Source: Macrostomum lignano (Eukaryota). From it: a stretch of DNA of 64,000 nt. Below, piece by piece: positions 47,972 through 58,090 of the stretch (position 1 is its first letter; every line of letters starts with the position of its first letter). The notes under the pieces are model-generated. The model worked only from the letters and a program-made list of their open reading frames with translations. It was not told the origin of the DNA and made no database searches. The DNA lies in assembly GCA_002269645.1 (NCBI GenBank), contig NIVC01000022.1, positions 434,001-498,000 on the forward strand, given 5' to 3'. Both the position numbers and the translations under genes were made by a program.

Positions 47972-49727
47972 CATACATGTGCAACTTCTGAAATTACGCT
48001 GGCCGTGCGACTTAGTTTTCGATAAAAAATGCGACTTACCTATGAAAGAGCCAAGCAAAAACTTTAGGTAAACGGCAGGAGTAACTATGACCATATTTTT
48101 TAAACTAAATGCCTCGCCAGCTAATTAGTGCTGCGTGCAGATTCCGCGTTTTTATAACAGCTAATCAGTGTCATCTAGTGGCGGCATGAAGCAATTAGTA
48201 AATTGTCAGTACAGTGTAGTGAGCATACTACAAAAGTCATGATTCATGAATGTCCAGAAGTAAGTGAAGTGAATACAGTGTGACCTATAGCTCAAGAACG
48301 ATTTGCTAGACGATTTGGCATGGAAGATGAGAGCCCTGATTCAGATGGCTCATCAGATGCAGAATACGAATCCTGTAGAGATACAAGCTGTGAAAACCCA
48401 CAGATTTTTAAACCACTGAATTCTAATTCCCGGAACTATTTTTGCATAGATTCTAAATTTGAAGTCATGCTCAAACAAAAACTTGTTAACAGTTAGGAAA
48501 AAGGCAAAGATGGGAGTAATGCATGTTAAACTAAGATTTGAGGCCTTTGCAAATTCTCTCCATTCCTCAATCTTCTCATCCTCTTTTTCTTTTCTCTCTC
48601 ATCCCTTATCCCTTTTCTCTTTCCTCTCCTCTCTCCTCTCGTCTCTCCATTCCACTCTACTCTCTCATCTTATCTTCCCTCTCGTCTCTCTCCACTCTAC
48701 TCTCTCATCTTATCTCTCCTCTCTTTTCTACTCTCTCATCTCTCCTCTCATCTCCTCTTTATCCTCTCTTCTCTCATCTACTCTCTCCTCTTTCCTCTTT
48801 CCTCTCTTCTGATCTCATCCATCATCTTTTCTTTCCTCTTTCCTCTAATCTCCTCTTCTCTCTCATCTCTTTTTCCTCCCTCAGCTTTTCTCTCCTCTTC
48901 TATCTTTTCTCCCATCGCATCGCTCGCCTCTCCTCTGTTTGCTTATCTCTAATCTTCTATTCCCTCTACTTTGAAGTAAGAAAATATGCACATATTTTTG
49001 CTGAAGATAAGAGGAGAGAAGAGGGCATTGAGGAGAAAGGGTAGAGAGAAAGGGGGAGAAGAGAGGAGAGTAAAAATGAGAGGAGAGAGAAGAGGGACAA
49101 GGGGGGAGAGAGAGAAGAGGGGAGGCAAGGTAGAGAAGAAGAGAGAGATGAGAGTTGAAGAGACACCAACCTTGCTGGTTAGGAAATTTCAAAGAACCCG
49201 AGGGGCGAGGGCCAGATAGAGGGGCTTCGCGAGCCGGAGTTTGCCAACCCCTGCTCCAGAGTTTAAGAAATCAATGGGAAACTGTTGACGCGGGCTTCTG
49301 ATTTCAAAGATCTTGTCTGTGGTTGAAGGCTTCTATTCTGTTTTTGCTCTCCTGCCACACTTGCACCTACTACCCCCTGATTGCCTCTGATTGTGACTTA
49401 CTTCCTTCTTATTGCGACTTAGTTGCTTCTTTTTGCGACTTACCTAATCCTTTTTACCAGCAGACTTAGTTTGCTTCTTTTGCGACTTACCTGATCCTTT
49501 TTGCGACTTACCTGATTATTTTTACAACTTAGTTTGCTTCTTTTGCGAATTGTTTTTCTTTTGCTTCACCATTTTCCCTGAACTGCTCTTTCTTTCGCTT
49601 TCCTCTTGCCTTTCTTGGTTCTTGTGTTTTTCTGTTTTTGGTTGACTCAATTTTGCGACTTACCCCTGGTCAGCCACGATTTACGGTGGCCGGATCGGCC
49701 AGGTCGGCCAGCAGTTGCGCATGTATG
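47972..49727 (+). mobile_element. CATACATGCGCAAC-TIR element, long copy 4 (1756 bp)
   Basis: TSD CACTTATA; near-identical to copy 2 apart from repeat lengths; 28S-like segment at 48067-48130. Confidence 0.9.
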
Positions 49728-51174
49728 CACTTATAAAATAAAAAAAGAAAGAAAAATATAATGTACCATCTATATTAGGGCCTATAATGGCACTGCCGGA
49801 TCTATACTACCATAGCCATTAGAAAATAGGTTCCGGTGCCAGAATTCTAGCCATTGCCAAGTTGAAAGTGCAGCTTGTTAGATGATGCTCAAGTCATGTT
49901 TATCTATCAGTGCTGGGCACAATACTCAAAAAAGTATTGGTAAAAACCAATACTCCAATACCCTTTTTGAAAAAATTTTTGCCAATACCTGAAAGTCCAA
50001 TACCCAAATTTGAGTATTGGCGATACCCTAATTCCAATACTCTATTCTGAGACCTGGTTTTTGCAAAAAGAATGCTTAACAAATATAGATGCATATAATT
50101 AAAGCCTCTCAGACCTTTTCCTAGATTTTAAGGCAAATAAAACAAGCTTAGCATTGTTTTAAATCACAAAGCCTTCAGTAAAACAAATAAAATAAAAGTA
50201 ATGAATGAAAACCAACAGTTGCCACTGTAGTCAATAATTAACTTTTTACTAGTCTCTAGTCATTCTTCTTTACGCTTATTAGCACTGTCATTGTTTTAGT
50301 ATAGTATGGCAGCCTGTCAGTCTGCAATTAGTGCACCTGTAAGCTTAACCTCAGCCTTGTTTTTTGGGTTGAGTGCACTTACATGTACATATGTACTCAG
50401 CTAGCCAGACCAAATGTTTTAAGCCAAGGTAGAGATTTGAGGCCTTACCTCTGATTAGGCAACACATTGCCTCTCCACTCTCTATACATGTAAACCTAAG
50501 TAAATTGTGTCACTTTTCTTCCCTTTACTCAACTTGGCCTCCCAATATATGCTCCCAAAATATTGGATTTATTTATTTATTGCTATATGAGCTATGCATA
50601 TACATGTACACATGCATGCCATGCATGTATGTTTGTATATGCATGTACCCATCATTGACTAAATTGCTTATATTACTAGTAGTGTAGCACTAGTGTATTT
50701 GCTATTGTAGAAATTGTAGAATCAATCAGCAATCAGTGATTGACAGTGTTGAAGAACTTGCAACATGATAATTGACTAAATAATATCATTTTAATGATAA
50801 TTACTAATTACTATATTAGCTTTTTGTGTTCTAGTTTGACTGCGGGCTTTTAATTTGGACACAGAGTTGGGCAAAGCCCAGAGAATGCTGGCTAGTCTAT
50901 GGCACAAACCAGGGAACTGATCAAATTTGGATAGTCTTTTCCTTCTCCTTTCTCTTGCATCTTTTTTCTTGACTGACTTATAAGCAGTCTTGTACCAGAG
51001 GATGTCAGAGGGAGTCAGCAAAGGAGGGAGGATGAAACTAATCAAAGTGGAACACCACTCTGTTATTGTCTCCAAAAGCCTTTATGCGCATTTTCTTCAT
51101 AGGAGCTTGCACCTCCAGAGGAGGCTAGGGCACTTGCACTTACGCTGCAGTTACCCGAGACTCACTCACCGGTT

Positions 51175-51535
51175 GGCCAGTTGAGGAACCACTCAATAGT
51201 GCACTTGTGCATTTCTCCATGGTCACCAAGGTACTGATGTACTTCTCCACTACACTGGAGCTGTGGCCAGTCACATGGCAGATATCTGCCCATTCCATAC
51301 CAGCCTCGCAGAGATGGGTTGCGCAACTCTTACAGAGACTCTGATTCGAGTAGTGTCAAATGTCAGAGGGAGCAACCATGGCCACGGTGTCCTTGACAAC
51401 GGTTGCCAATGAATGACATCCAATCGGTGCCCTTGTCAACCTTGTCCCCAGGCTTCAAGATGAAATCCAGTAGGTCCGGCAAAATCTCCATATCTGGGGC
51501 TTCAACAACAGCAGCAAAGATGTCACCCATATTTG
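51175..51535 (-). pseudogene. Degenerate tyrosine-recombinase C-terminus of a Crypton-type DNA transposon
   Basis: After a frameshift and a stop: HYSNQSLCKSCATHLCEAGMEWADICHVTGHSSSVVEKY, matching the YtNHSlR.t.AT.L..aG.....I...TGH.S...v..Y motif. The upstream frame reads DFILKP...W. Confidence 0.7.
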
Positions 51536-51543
51536 GTACCAAG

Positions 51544-51841
51544 CATACATGCGCAACAGTCGGCCGAGTCGGCCGATCCGGCCGACTGATTTGGCAGCCA
51601 ACCAAGGAAGTCGCAAAAATGCCCACCCAAAAAAATACCCCCGTAGTAGTACTAAGTAGCTGACGAGGCATTTTTGCCTGATAAGACAGTCATAGTTACT
51701 CCCGCCGTTTACCCAAAGTTGCGTTAATTTTGCTTTGGGGTTTTTTTACATGTAAGTCGCATTTTTGGCCAAAAACTACGTCGCATTTTTGTTAAAACTA
51801 AGTCGCACGGCCGACCGAATTTTGGACGTTGCGCATGTATG
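51544..51841 (-). mobile_element. CATACATGCGCAAC-TIR MITE copy 5 (298 bp), inserted into the Crypton relic
   Basis: Perfect TIR; TSD GTACCAAG; 28S-like segment at 51651-51714, including 27 nt identical to canonical 28S. Confidence 0.9.
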
Positions 51842-52184
51842 GTACCAAGCTACATACAATTGAAGCTTTTCTGATCTTACATAGAATATTTGGCTTTATA
51901 GAGATTTGTAGCCAATAGTCTATGACCGAGGCTTAGTCTCATTTCCTCCAGCTGGCTGCAGCAATTAAATATTATAATCCCCACTTGATTTCATTTCTTT
52001 GACCTAGGAATGGCTAAGGACTGCGCTTCTAGGCCTTGGCTTTGCCTTGGCGGAAATACTTACATATTATGATGTCTGCACTTTATAGATATCTATGGCC
52101 TAATACACTAAGTCAATACAAAATATCTATATTATCTAATAACTGGTATGCATCTAAAGCCTGCATTCAGTCCAAGGACTAGGA

Positions 52185-52370
52185 GGTTGCCACAGACACC
52201 CTCAATTACCCTAGCCATGCTGGCACCCAATTTACAGCTGGGTGAACTGAAGCAATATGGAGTTATGTATCTTGCTCAAGGACACTTTTAAATTGTTCTA
52301 GTGGGATTGGTAATCAAACCCCACCTGTCAAGTTGTGAGTCTTACACTCTAACCACTAGGCTACAACCCC
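52185..52370 (-). mobile_element. Old tRNA-derived SINE with a CORE-like central domain
   Basis: TAGCCTAGTGG A box, then TGTCCTTGAGCAAGATAC...CTTCAGTTCACCCAGCTGTAAATTGGGT, resembling the MIR/CORE domain. Confidence 0.6.
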
Positions 52371-52830
52371 TCTAGGGCAACAACCCCAAAATTCATAATA
52401 GCTTTCCTATAGTTTCCAAGAACCTAATGGTAATTGTAGCATTTTCCTCTGGCTAAAACTTGACTATATATCAATATCATAGTCTATCCGATTGTTTGAA
52501 ACTCACTTTTATCTACAGAAGGCTAATAATTGTACTAGCAAGCTTTGAATGGGGATGCTAATCAACTAAAGCAATAAATCTCGCTTTTTGTATACGATAT
52601 TTAAAGTAAAAGCAAGAAATGTCTCACATATAAATCTAAATATACTAAATCTCTAAGTTTTGTATGCTTGATTGCTTGTCCATAATTAATACTAATAATA
52701 GTAGCGCTATCGAATTGTTTTCACGACTCTACTTTTAGTAGTAATGCAGAGAAATTACTCAAAATAATCATTTTAACATTATTTGCTCTACTAAATGTGA
52801 AAATCTTGTTTTTTCTAATTATTCACTAAG

Positions 52831-53440
52831 CAACGCTGCTGCCCGTCACTTCAGCTGCAGTCCATCGCCATCTCGGACCCGACTGTCGCGCGCCTCGAGC
52901 GATGGCGCGTGAAGCCGGGTCAATATGTGAACCCCACCGACTCGCTCGGCCTGTTGCGCACCTCGGCCGGCAAGGAGCTGCGCCTGTACCCGCCCAACGG
53001 CGGCCGCATTGTCCGCCTTCTGGTGTCGGACGGTTCAGCGGTGAAGCTTGGCGACGCCGTCTGCGAGCTGGAGCCGTGCGAGCACTCCATCGTGATGAAG
53101 GACCTCTGCGCGAGTGCGGCCAGAACCTGCGAACTGAAAATGGCGCGCCAGGCGAACGGCGCCAATCGGCCTTAGCAACCGTTGCTATGGTGCACTGCAT
53201 CCCAGAGCTGCACGTCAGCCAGGGCCGGGCGGAATGTCTCGCTGCCGAGGACGAAGACCTGCTGCTCAAACAGAGGAAGCTGGTGCTGCTGGTCGACCTG
53301 GACCAGACGGTGATTCACACCACCACTCAGAATGTGCCGCCCAAGCTGGCTAAAGTGCACCACTTCCAGCTGAAGCCGCCGGTGTGGTACCACACTCGGG
53401 TGCGACCAGGTGTTGAAGAGTTTCTCGCTCGAATTTCTAG
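52831..53440 (+). CDS. CTDP1: RNA polymerase II CTD phosphatase FCP1, first coding exon (no in-frame ATG; 1-nt frameshift at ~53110)
   Basis: RLERWRVKPGQ...LEPCEHSIVMKDLCA / ECGQNL...ATVAMVHCIPELHVS...RKLVLLVDLDQTVIHTT (DxDxT catalytic motif). Donor AG|GTTCGT. Confidence 0.85.
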
Positions 53441-53509
53441 GTTCGTCTGAATGTTGCTTAACCCAAAGCTAAGCTGAAATATCCCAGACTAGTAAAGTCG
53501 CTGTGACAG

Positions 53510-53680
53510 AATCGCCCTGACAAATCGCCGAATCTAGAGTTGCCCAGTCCACAATTGCCTAATCCAGAATCGCCCTGACAAAATCGCCCAGTCCAGAATC
53601 GCCCAATCCAGAATCGCCCAGTCCAGAATCGCCCAATCCAGAATCGCCCAATCCAGAATCGCCCAATCCAGAATCGCCCT
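53510..53680. repeat. 15-bp intronic minisatellite (CCAGAATCGCCCAAT)n
   Basis: Tandem units in FCP1 intron 1. Confidence 0.9.
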
Positions 53681-53692
53681 AAACCCCCACAG

Positions 53693-54121
53693 CCTGTATG
53701 AGTTGCACATCATCAGCTTCGGCAACCGGCCCTACGCCCACAAGATCGCCAGCCTGATTGACCCGGAGAAGCGCTATTTCTCGCACCGAATTCTCAGCCG
53801 AGACGAATGCTACAATCCGCTAACAAAGACCGCCAATTTAAAGTCTTTATTCCCGCGCGGCGATCATATGATTGTCATCATTGACGACCGGGACGAGGTC
53901 TGGGACTCGATGCCTAGTCTGATCCACGTCAAACCCTACCAGTTCTTCGAGGGCACTGAGGATATCAATTGCCCGCCGGGCTCCGCTGTCCCAGCCTCCA
54001 AAGCCGACCCAATGGACCTGGTTGAGAAGGCCATGGAGCACCAGCACCCGCAGCCGGAGAAACAGCAGGAGCAGCAGCCGCAGGATCCCAATCAGCCTAT
54101 TGAGTGGCCGGACAATGACAG
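53693..54121 (+). CDS. CTDP1: FCP1 exon 2 (FCPH domain)
   Basis: LYELHIISFGNRPYAHKIASLIDPEKRYFSHRILSRDEC...IIDDRDEVW; CACAG|C acceptor and AG|GTAAGT donor. Confidence 0.93.
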
Positions 54122-54199
54122 GTAAGTGAAACTGTGTGGACCTATCTGCCTGCAGGCATTCAGTTCTGTGTCCGATCCGGAGTACCACTGCCTGGTAGG

Positions 54200-54575
54200 A
54201 ATTCCCTGTCCAGAATACCGTCTGGTAGGAATTCCCCTGTTTGGTAGGAATTCCACTGTCTGGTAGGAATTCCCCTGTCTGGTAGGAATTCCACTGTCTG
54301 GTAGGAATTCCCCTCTCTGGTAGGAATTCCACTGTCTGGTAGGAATTCCCCTGTCTGGTAGGAATTCCACTGTCTGGTAGGAATCCCCCTGTCTAGTAAG
54401 AATTCCCCTGTCTGGTAGTAATTCCCGTCTATCTAATTCCACTGTCTGGTAGGAATTCCACTGTCTGGTAGGAATTCCCCTCTCTGGTAGGAATTCCACT
54501 GTCTGGTAGGAATTCCCCTCTCTGATAGGAATTCCCCTCTATCGAATTCCACTGTCTGGTAGGAATTCCCCTGTT
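54200..54575. repeat. 19-bp intronic minisatellite (GGTAGGAATTCC[C/A]CTGTCT)n
   Basis: Tandem units in FCP1 intron 2. Confidence 0.9.
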
Positions 54576-54748
54576 TGGAATACCTCTGACCGATCCATTT
54601 TATTGAGAATTCCCCCGTCCAATCGCCCTGCGTTCGCATTTCTTATTGGGTATTTCCGAATTCCCTCTGTTTACGAGAGGGAATTCTCGTAGAATTATTT
54701 TTCCTGTTGTCTGATATCAATCGTGCGAGCCCCGCGCCGCGCCCACAG

Positions 54749-55067
54749 GTACCTGCACCGGCTGGCCGACATCCTGACGGACATCCACTCTGAATATTAT
54801 AGCCGACTGGACGCGTCCACTGGCGCCGACGGTGGCGGCGGCGGCGATTCAGCGACGGCGGCGACAGCGTCAACAAAGGCGAAGCCGCCAGAGTCGCGGC
54901 AGGTGTGCACCGAGCTGCGCGGCCAGGTGCTCCGCGGCTGCCGCCTGGTGTTCAGCGGCCTGTTCCCTACCAGCCTGCCGCCGGAGAAGAGCAAAGCCTA
55001 CCAGATTGCCACCGGCCTGGGCGCCGAGGTGCAGGCAGACGTGCAGCTGGGCAGCAAAGTGGCTCAG
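54749..55067 (+). CDS. CTDP1: FCP1 exon 3 (FCPH end, BRCT start)
   Basis: YLHRLADILTDIHSEYY...VLRGCRLVFSGLFPT; phase 2 in, phase 0 out (CAG|GTATTG). Confidence 0.9.
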
Positions 55068-55070
55068 GTA

Positions 55071-55385
55071 TTGTGCTGTCAGTTTGTGCTGTCAGTTTGT
55101 GCTGTCAGTTTGTGCTGTCAGTTTGTGCTGTCAGTTTGTGCTGTCAGTTTGTGCTGTCAGTTTGTGCTGCCAGTTTGTGCTGCCAGTTTGTGTTGTCAGT
55201 TTGTGCTGCCAGTTTGTGCTGCCAGTTTGTGCTGTCAGTTTGTGCTGCCAGTTTGTGCTGCCAGTTTGTGCTGTCAGTTTGTGCTGCCAGTTTGTGCTGC
55301 CAGTTTGTGTTGTCAGTTTGTGCTGCCAGTTTGTGCTGTCAGTTTGTGCTGCCAGTTTGTGCTGTCAGTTTGTGCTATCAGCTGT
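55071..55385. repeat. 13-bp intronic minisatellite (TGCTGTCAGTTTG)n
   Basis: Tandem units in FCP1 intron 3. Confidence 0.93.
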
Positions 55386-55473
55386 GCCATCAGCTGTGCC
55401 ATCATTCAAAATGTCAGTCCTTCCTGTCAGTCAGTATTAGAAGTCAAGCGGGCCACCCGTCTCCCACCCGCAG

Positions 55474-56505
55474 GACAGCCGCACCACTCACCTGGTGGCT
55501 GCCAAGAGCGGTACATCGAAATTTCACCGGGCCCGCAAGGCCCAGTCGGAATCGCCTGACGGCTGCAGCATCGTGAACCCCGAGTGGCTGTGGACCTGCT
55601 ACTACGAATGGCGCCGCTGCCCGGAGGCCGACTTCCCTGTCGTCGCCGACGTCGACTATCTGGGCTTGCGGCGCGACTCCCGGCAGCGCCGGGACAGCGA
55701 GGTCAAGCGGTACAAGTCGGACAGGAAGCGCCGCCGCCAGGAGTCCCTGGTGGTGACGCCGGAGGAGGCGACAGCAAAAGAGGACGGCGACGAAGAGACT
55801 GAGAATTCTGGAGCTGCGACGGCGGCGGCGACAGCACTCTCGGTGTCCAAGGAGGCGCCTCCAGCGGCTCCGCCGGCGGCTTCAAGCAGCGGCGGCGGCA
55901 GTAGCCAGCAGCGACGTTTTGAACTGGCCGACAATCCGCTGCTCAGCATGTCCCCAAGCGACCTGAGGAGCCTGCAGGACGAGGTCGACGCCGAGCTGGA
56001 GGGAATTTCTTCCTCATCGTCTTCGTCCTCCTCCAGCTCGAAGTCGGAGGCCCGGCTGCGTCGCAAAGTTCTCCGGTTCAGCTCCGGCGAGGCCTCCGGT
56101 AAGTCGGTCGCTTCTGGCGGTAGCGGCGGCACTTCAAAGCGGAAGCTGGCCAAGAAGATGAAGGAGCTGAAGAGACGAGGTGGCGACGGCAAGCGGGCTG
56201 CGGCGGCTGCGGCAGATTCCACCGATGACGAAGAGGACGAAGAGGAGTCTGGCGGATCGATGGAGAACGGCGCCGGAGCGGCGGCAGCGCCCGGCGAGGA
56301 CCGCGACTGGGGCGAGGGCTGCAAGGAGGGCTACGATTACGCTGATGCCGAGGCCAATTTCCACGTGCTTGGCGGCGACGTCGACTCGAGCACGGACGAG
56401 GGCGAGGATCAGGATGATGAAGACGACGACGAAGATGATGAAGCTGACTCTATTGAGGCTGGGGAGCGGCGCCGGCGCCGGCGAAAACGGGAATGGCGCC
56501 GCTAG
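55474..56505 (+). CDS. CTDP1: FCP1 exon 4 (BRCT end + acidic/Ser-rich C-terminal tail)
   Basis: CCGCAG|GAC acceptor. TTHLVAAKSGTSK...IVNPEWLWTCYYEWRRCPEADFP is the BRCT C-half. Stop TAG at 56503-56505. Confidence 0.9.
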   Translation, partial: DSRTTHLVAAKSGTSKFHRARKAQSESPDGCSIVNPEWLWTCYYEWRRCPEADFPVVADVDYLGLRRDSRQRRDSEVKRYKSDRKRRRQESLVVTPEEATAKEDGDEETENSGAATAAATALSVSKEAPPAAPPAASSSGGGSSQQRRFELADNPLLSMSPSDLRSLQDEVDAELEGISSSSSSSSSSSKSEARLRRKVLRFSSGEASGKSVASGGSGGTSKRKLAKKMKELKRRGGDGKRAAAAAADSTDDEEDEEESGGSMENGAGAAAAPGEDRDWGEGCKEGYDYADAEANFHVLGGDVDSSTDEGEDQDDEDDDEDDEADSIEAGERRRRRRKREWRR

Positions 56506-56619
56506 AGACTTTGAACCCAGGCACCTGTTGTGAATTGCCGTCGGCTAAAGAAGTCTAAATTTTACTATTTAAAACTTTTCAATTCGGCCTATGTAATTTC
56601 GTAAAATCGCTATCCAACC

Positions 56620-58090
56620 CAGTAGAATCGCCCCCTACAACTCGGTAGAATCGCCTCCTACAACCCGGTAGAATCGCCCCCTGCAACCCGGTAGAATCGC
56701 CCCCTGCAACCCGGTAGAATCGCCCCCTGCAACCCGGTAGAATCGCCCCCTTTACAACACGGTAGAATCGCCTCCTACAATCCGGTAGAGTCGCCTCCTA
56801 CAATCCGGTAGAATCGCCCCCTACAACCCGGTAGAATCGCCCCCTACAACCCGGTAGAATCGCCCCCTGCAACCCGGTAGAATCGCCCCCTTTACAACAC
56901 GGTAGAATCGCCTCCTACAATCCGGTAGAATCGCCTCCTACAACCCGGTAGAATCGCCCCCTGCAACCCGGTAGAATCGCCCCCTGCAACCCGGTAGAAT
57001 CGTCTCCTTTACAACACGGTAGAATCGCCTCCTACAATCCGGTAGAATCGCCTCCTACAATCCGGTAGAATCGCCCCCTACAACCCGGTAGAATCGCCTC
57101 CTACAACACGGTAGAATCGCCTCCTACAACACGGTAGAATCGCCCCCTACAACCCGGTAGAATCGCCCCCTACAACCCGGTAGAATCGCCTCCTACAACC
57201 CGGTAGAATCGCCCCCTACAACCCGGTAGAATCGCCCCCTACAACCCGGTAGAATCGCCCCCTACAACCCGGTAGAATCGCCTCCTACAACCCGGTAGAA
57301 TCGCCCCCTGCAACCCGGTAGAATCGCCCCCTGCAACCCGGTAGAATCGCCCCCTGCAACCCGGTAGAATCGCCCCCTGCAACCCGGTAGAATCGCCCCC
57401 TACAACCCGGTAGAGTCGCCCCCTGCAACCCGGTAGAATCGCCCCCTGCAACCCGGTAGAATCGCCCCCTGCAACCCGGTAGAATCGCCCCCTTTACAAC
57501 ACGGTAGAATCGCCTCCTACAATCCGGTAGAGTCGCCTCCTACAATCCGGTAGAATCGCCCCCTACAACCCGGTAGAATCGCCCCCTACAACCCGGTAGA
57601 ATCGCCCCCTGCAACCCGGTAGAATCGCCCCCTTTACAACACGGTAGAATCGCCTCCTACAATCCGGTAGAATCGCCTCCTACAACCCGGTAGAATCGCC
57701 CCCTGCAACCCGGTAGAATCGCCCCCTGCAACCCGGTAGAATCGCCTCCTTTACAACACGGTAGAATCGCCTCCTACAACCCGGTAGAATCGCCCCCTAC
57801 AACCCGGTAGAATCGCCTCCTACAACCCGGTAGAATCGCCCCCTACAACCCGGTAGAATCGCCCCCTACAACCCGGTAGAATCGCCCCCTGCAACCCGGT
57901 AGAATCGCCCCCTGCAACCCGGTAGAATCGCCCCCTGCAACCCGGTAGAATCGCCCCCTGCAACCCGGTAGAATCGCCCCCTACAACCCGGTAGAGTCGC
58001 CCCCTACAACCCGGTAGAGTCGCCCCCTGCAACCCGGTAGAATCGCCCCCTGCAACCCGGTAGAATCGCTCCCTACAACCCGGCAGAAAC
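56620..58090. repeat. 23-bp minisatellite (GGTAGAATCGCCCCCT[A/G]CAACCC)n
   Basis: About 60 units downstream of FCP1, with duplicated higher-order blocks. Confidence 0.97.

Noticed and set aside
52902-53111. ATG at 52902 as the FCP1 start (MAREAGSICEPH…)
   Set aside because: FCP1 homology lies in a different frame upstream of 53110; this frame is only joined because of the 1-nt deletion.
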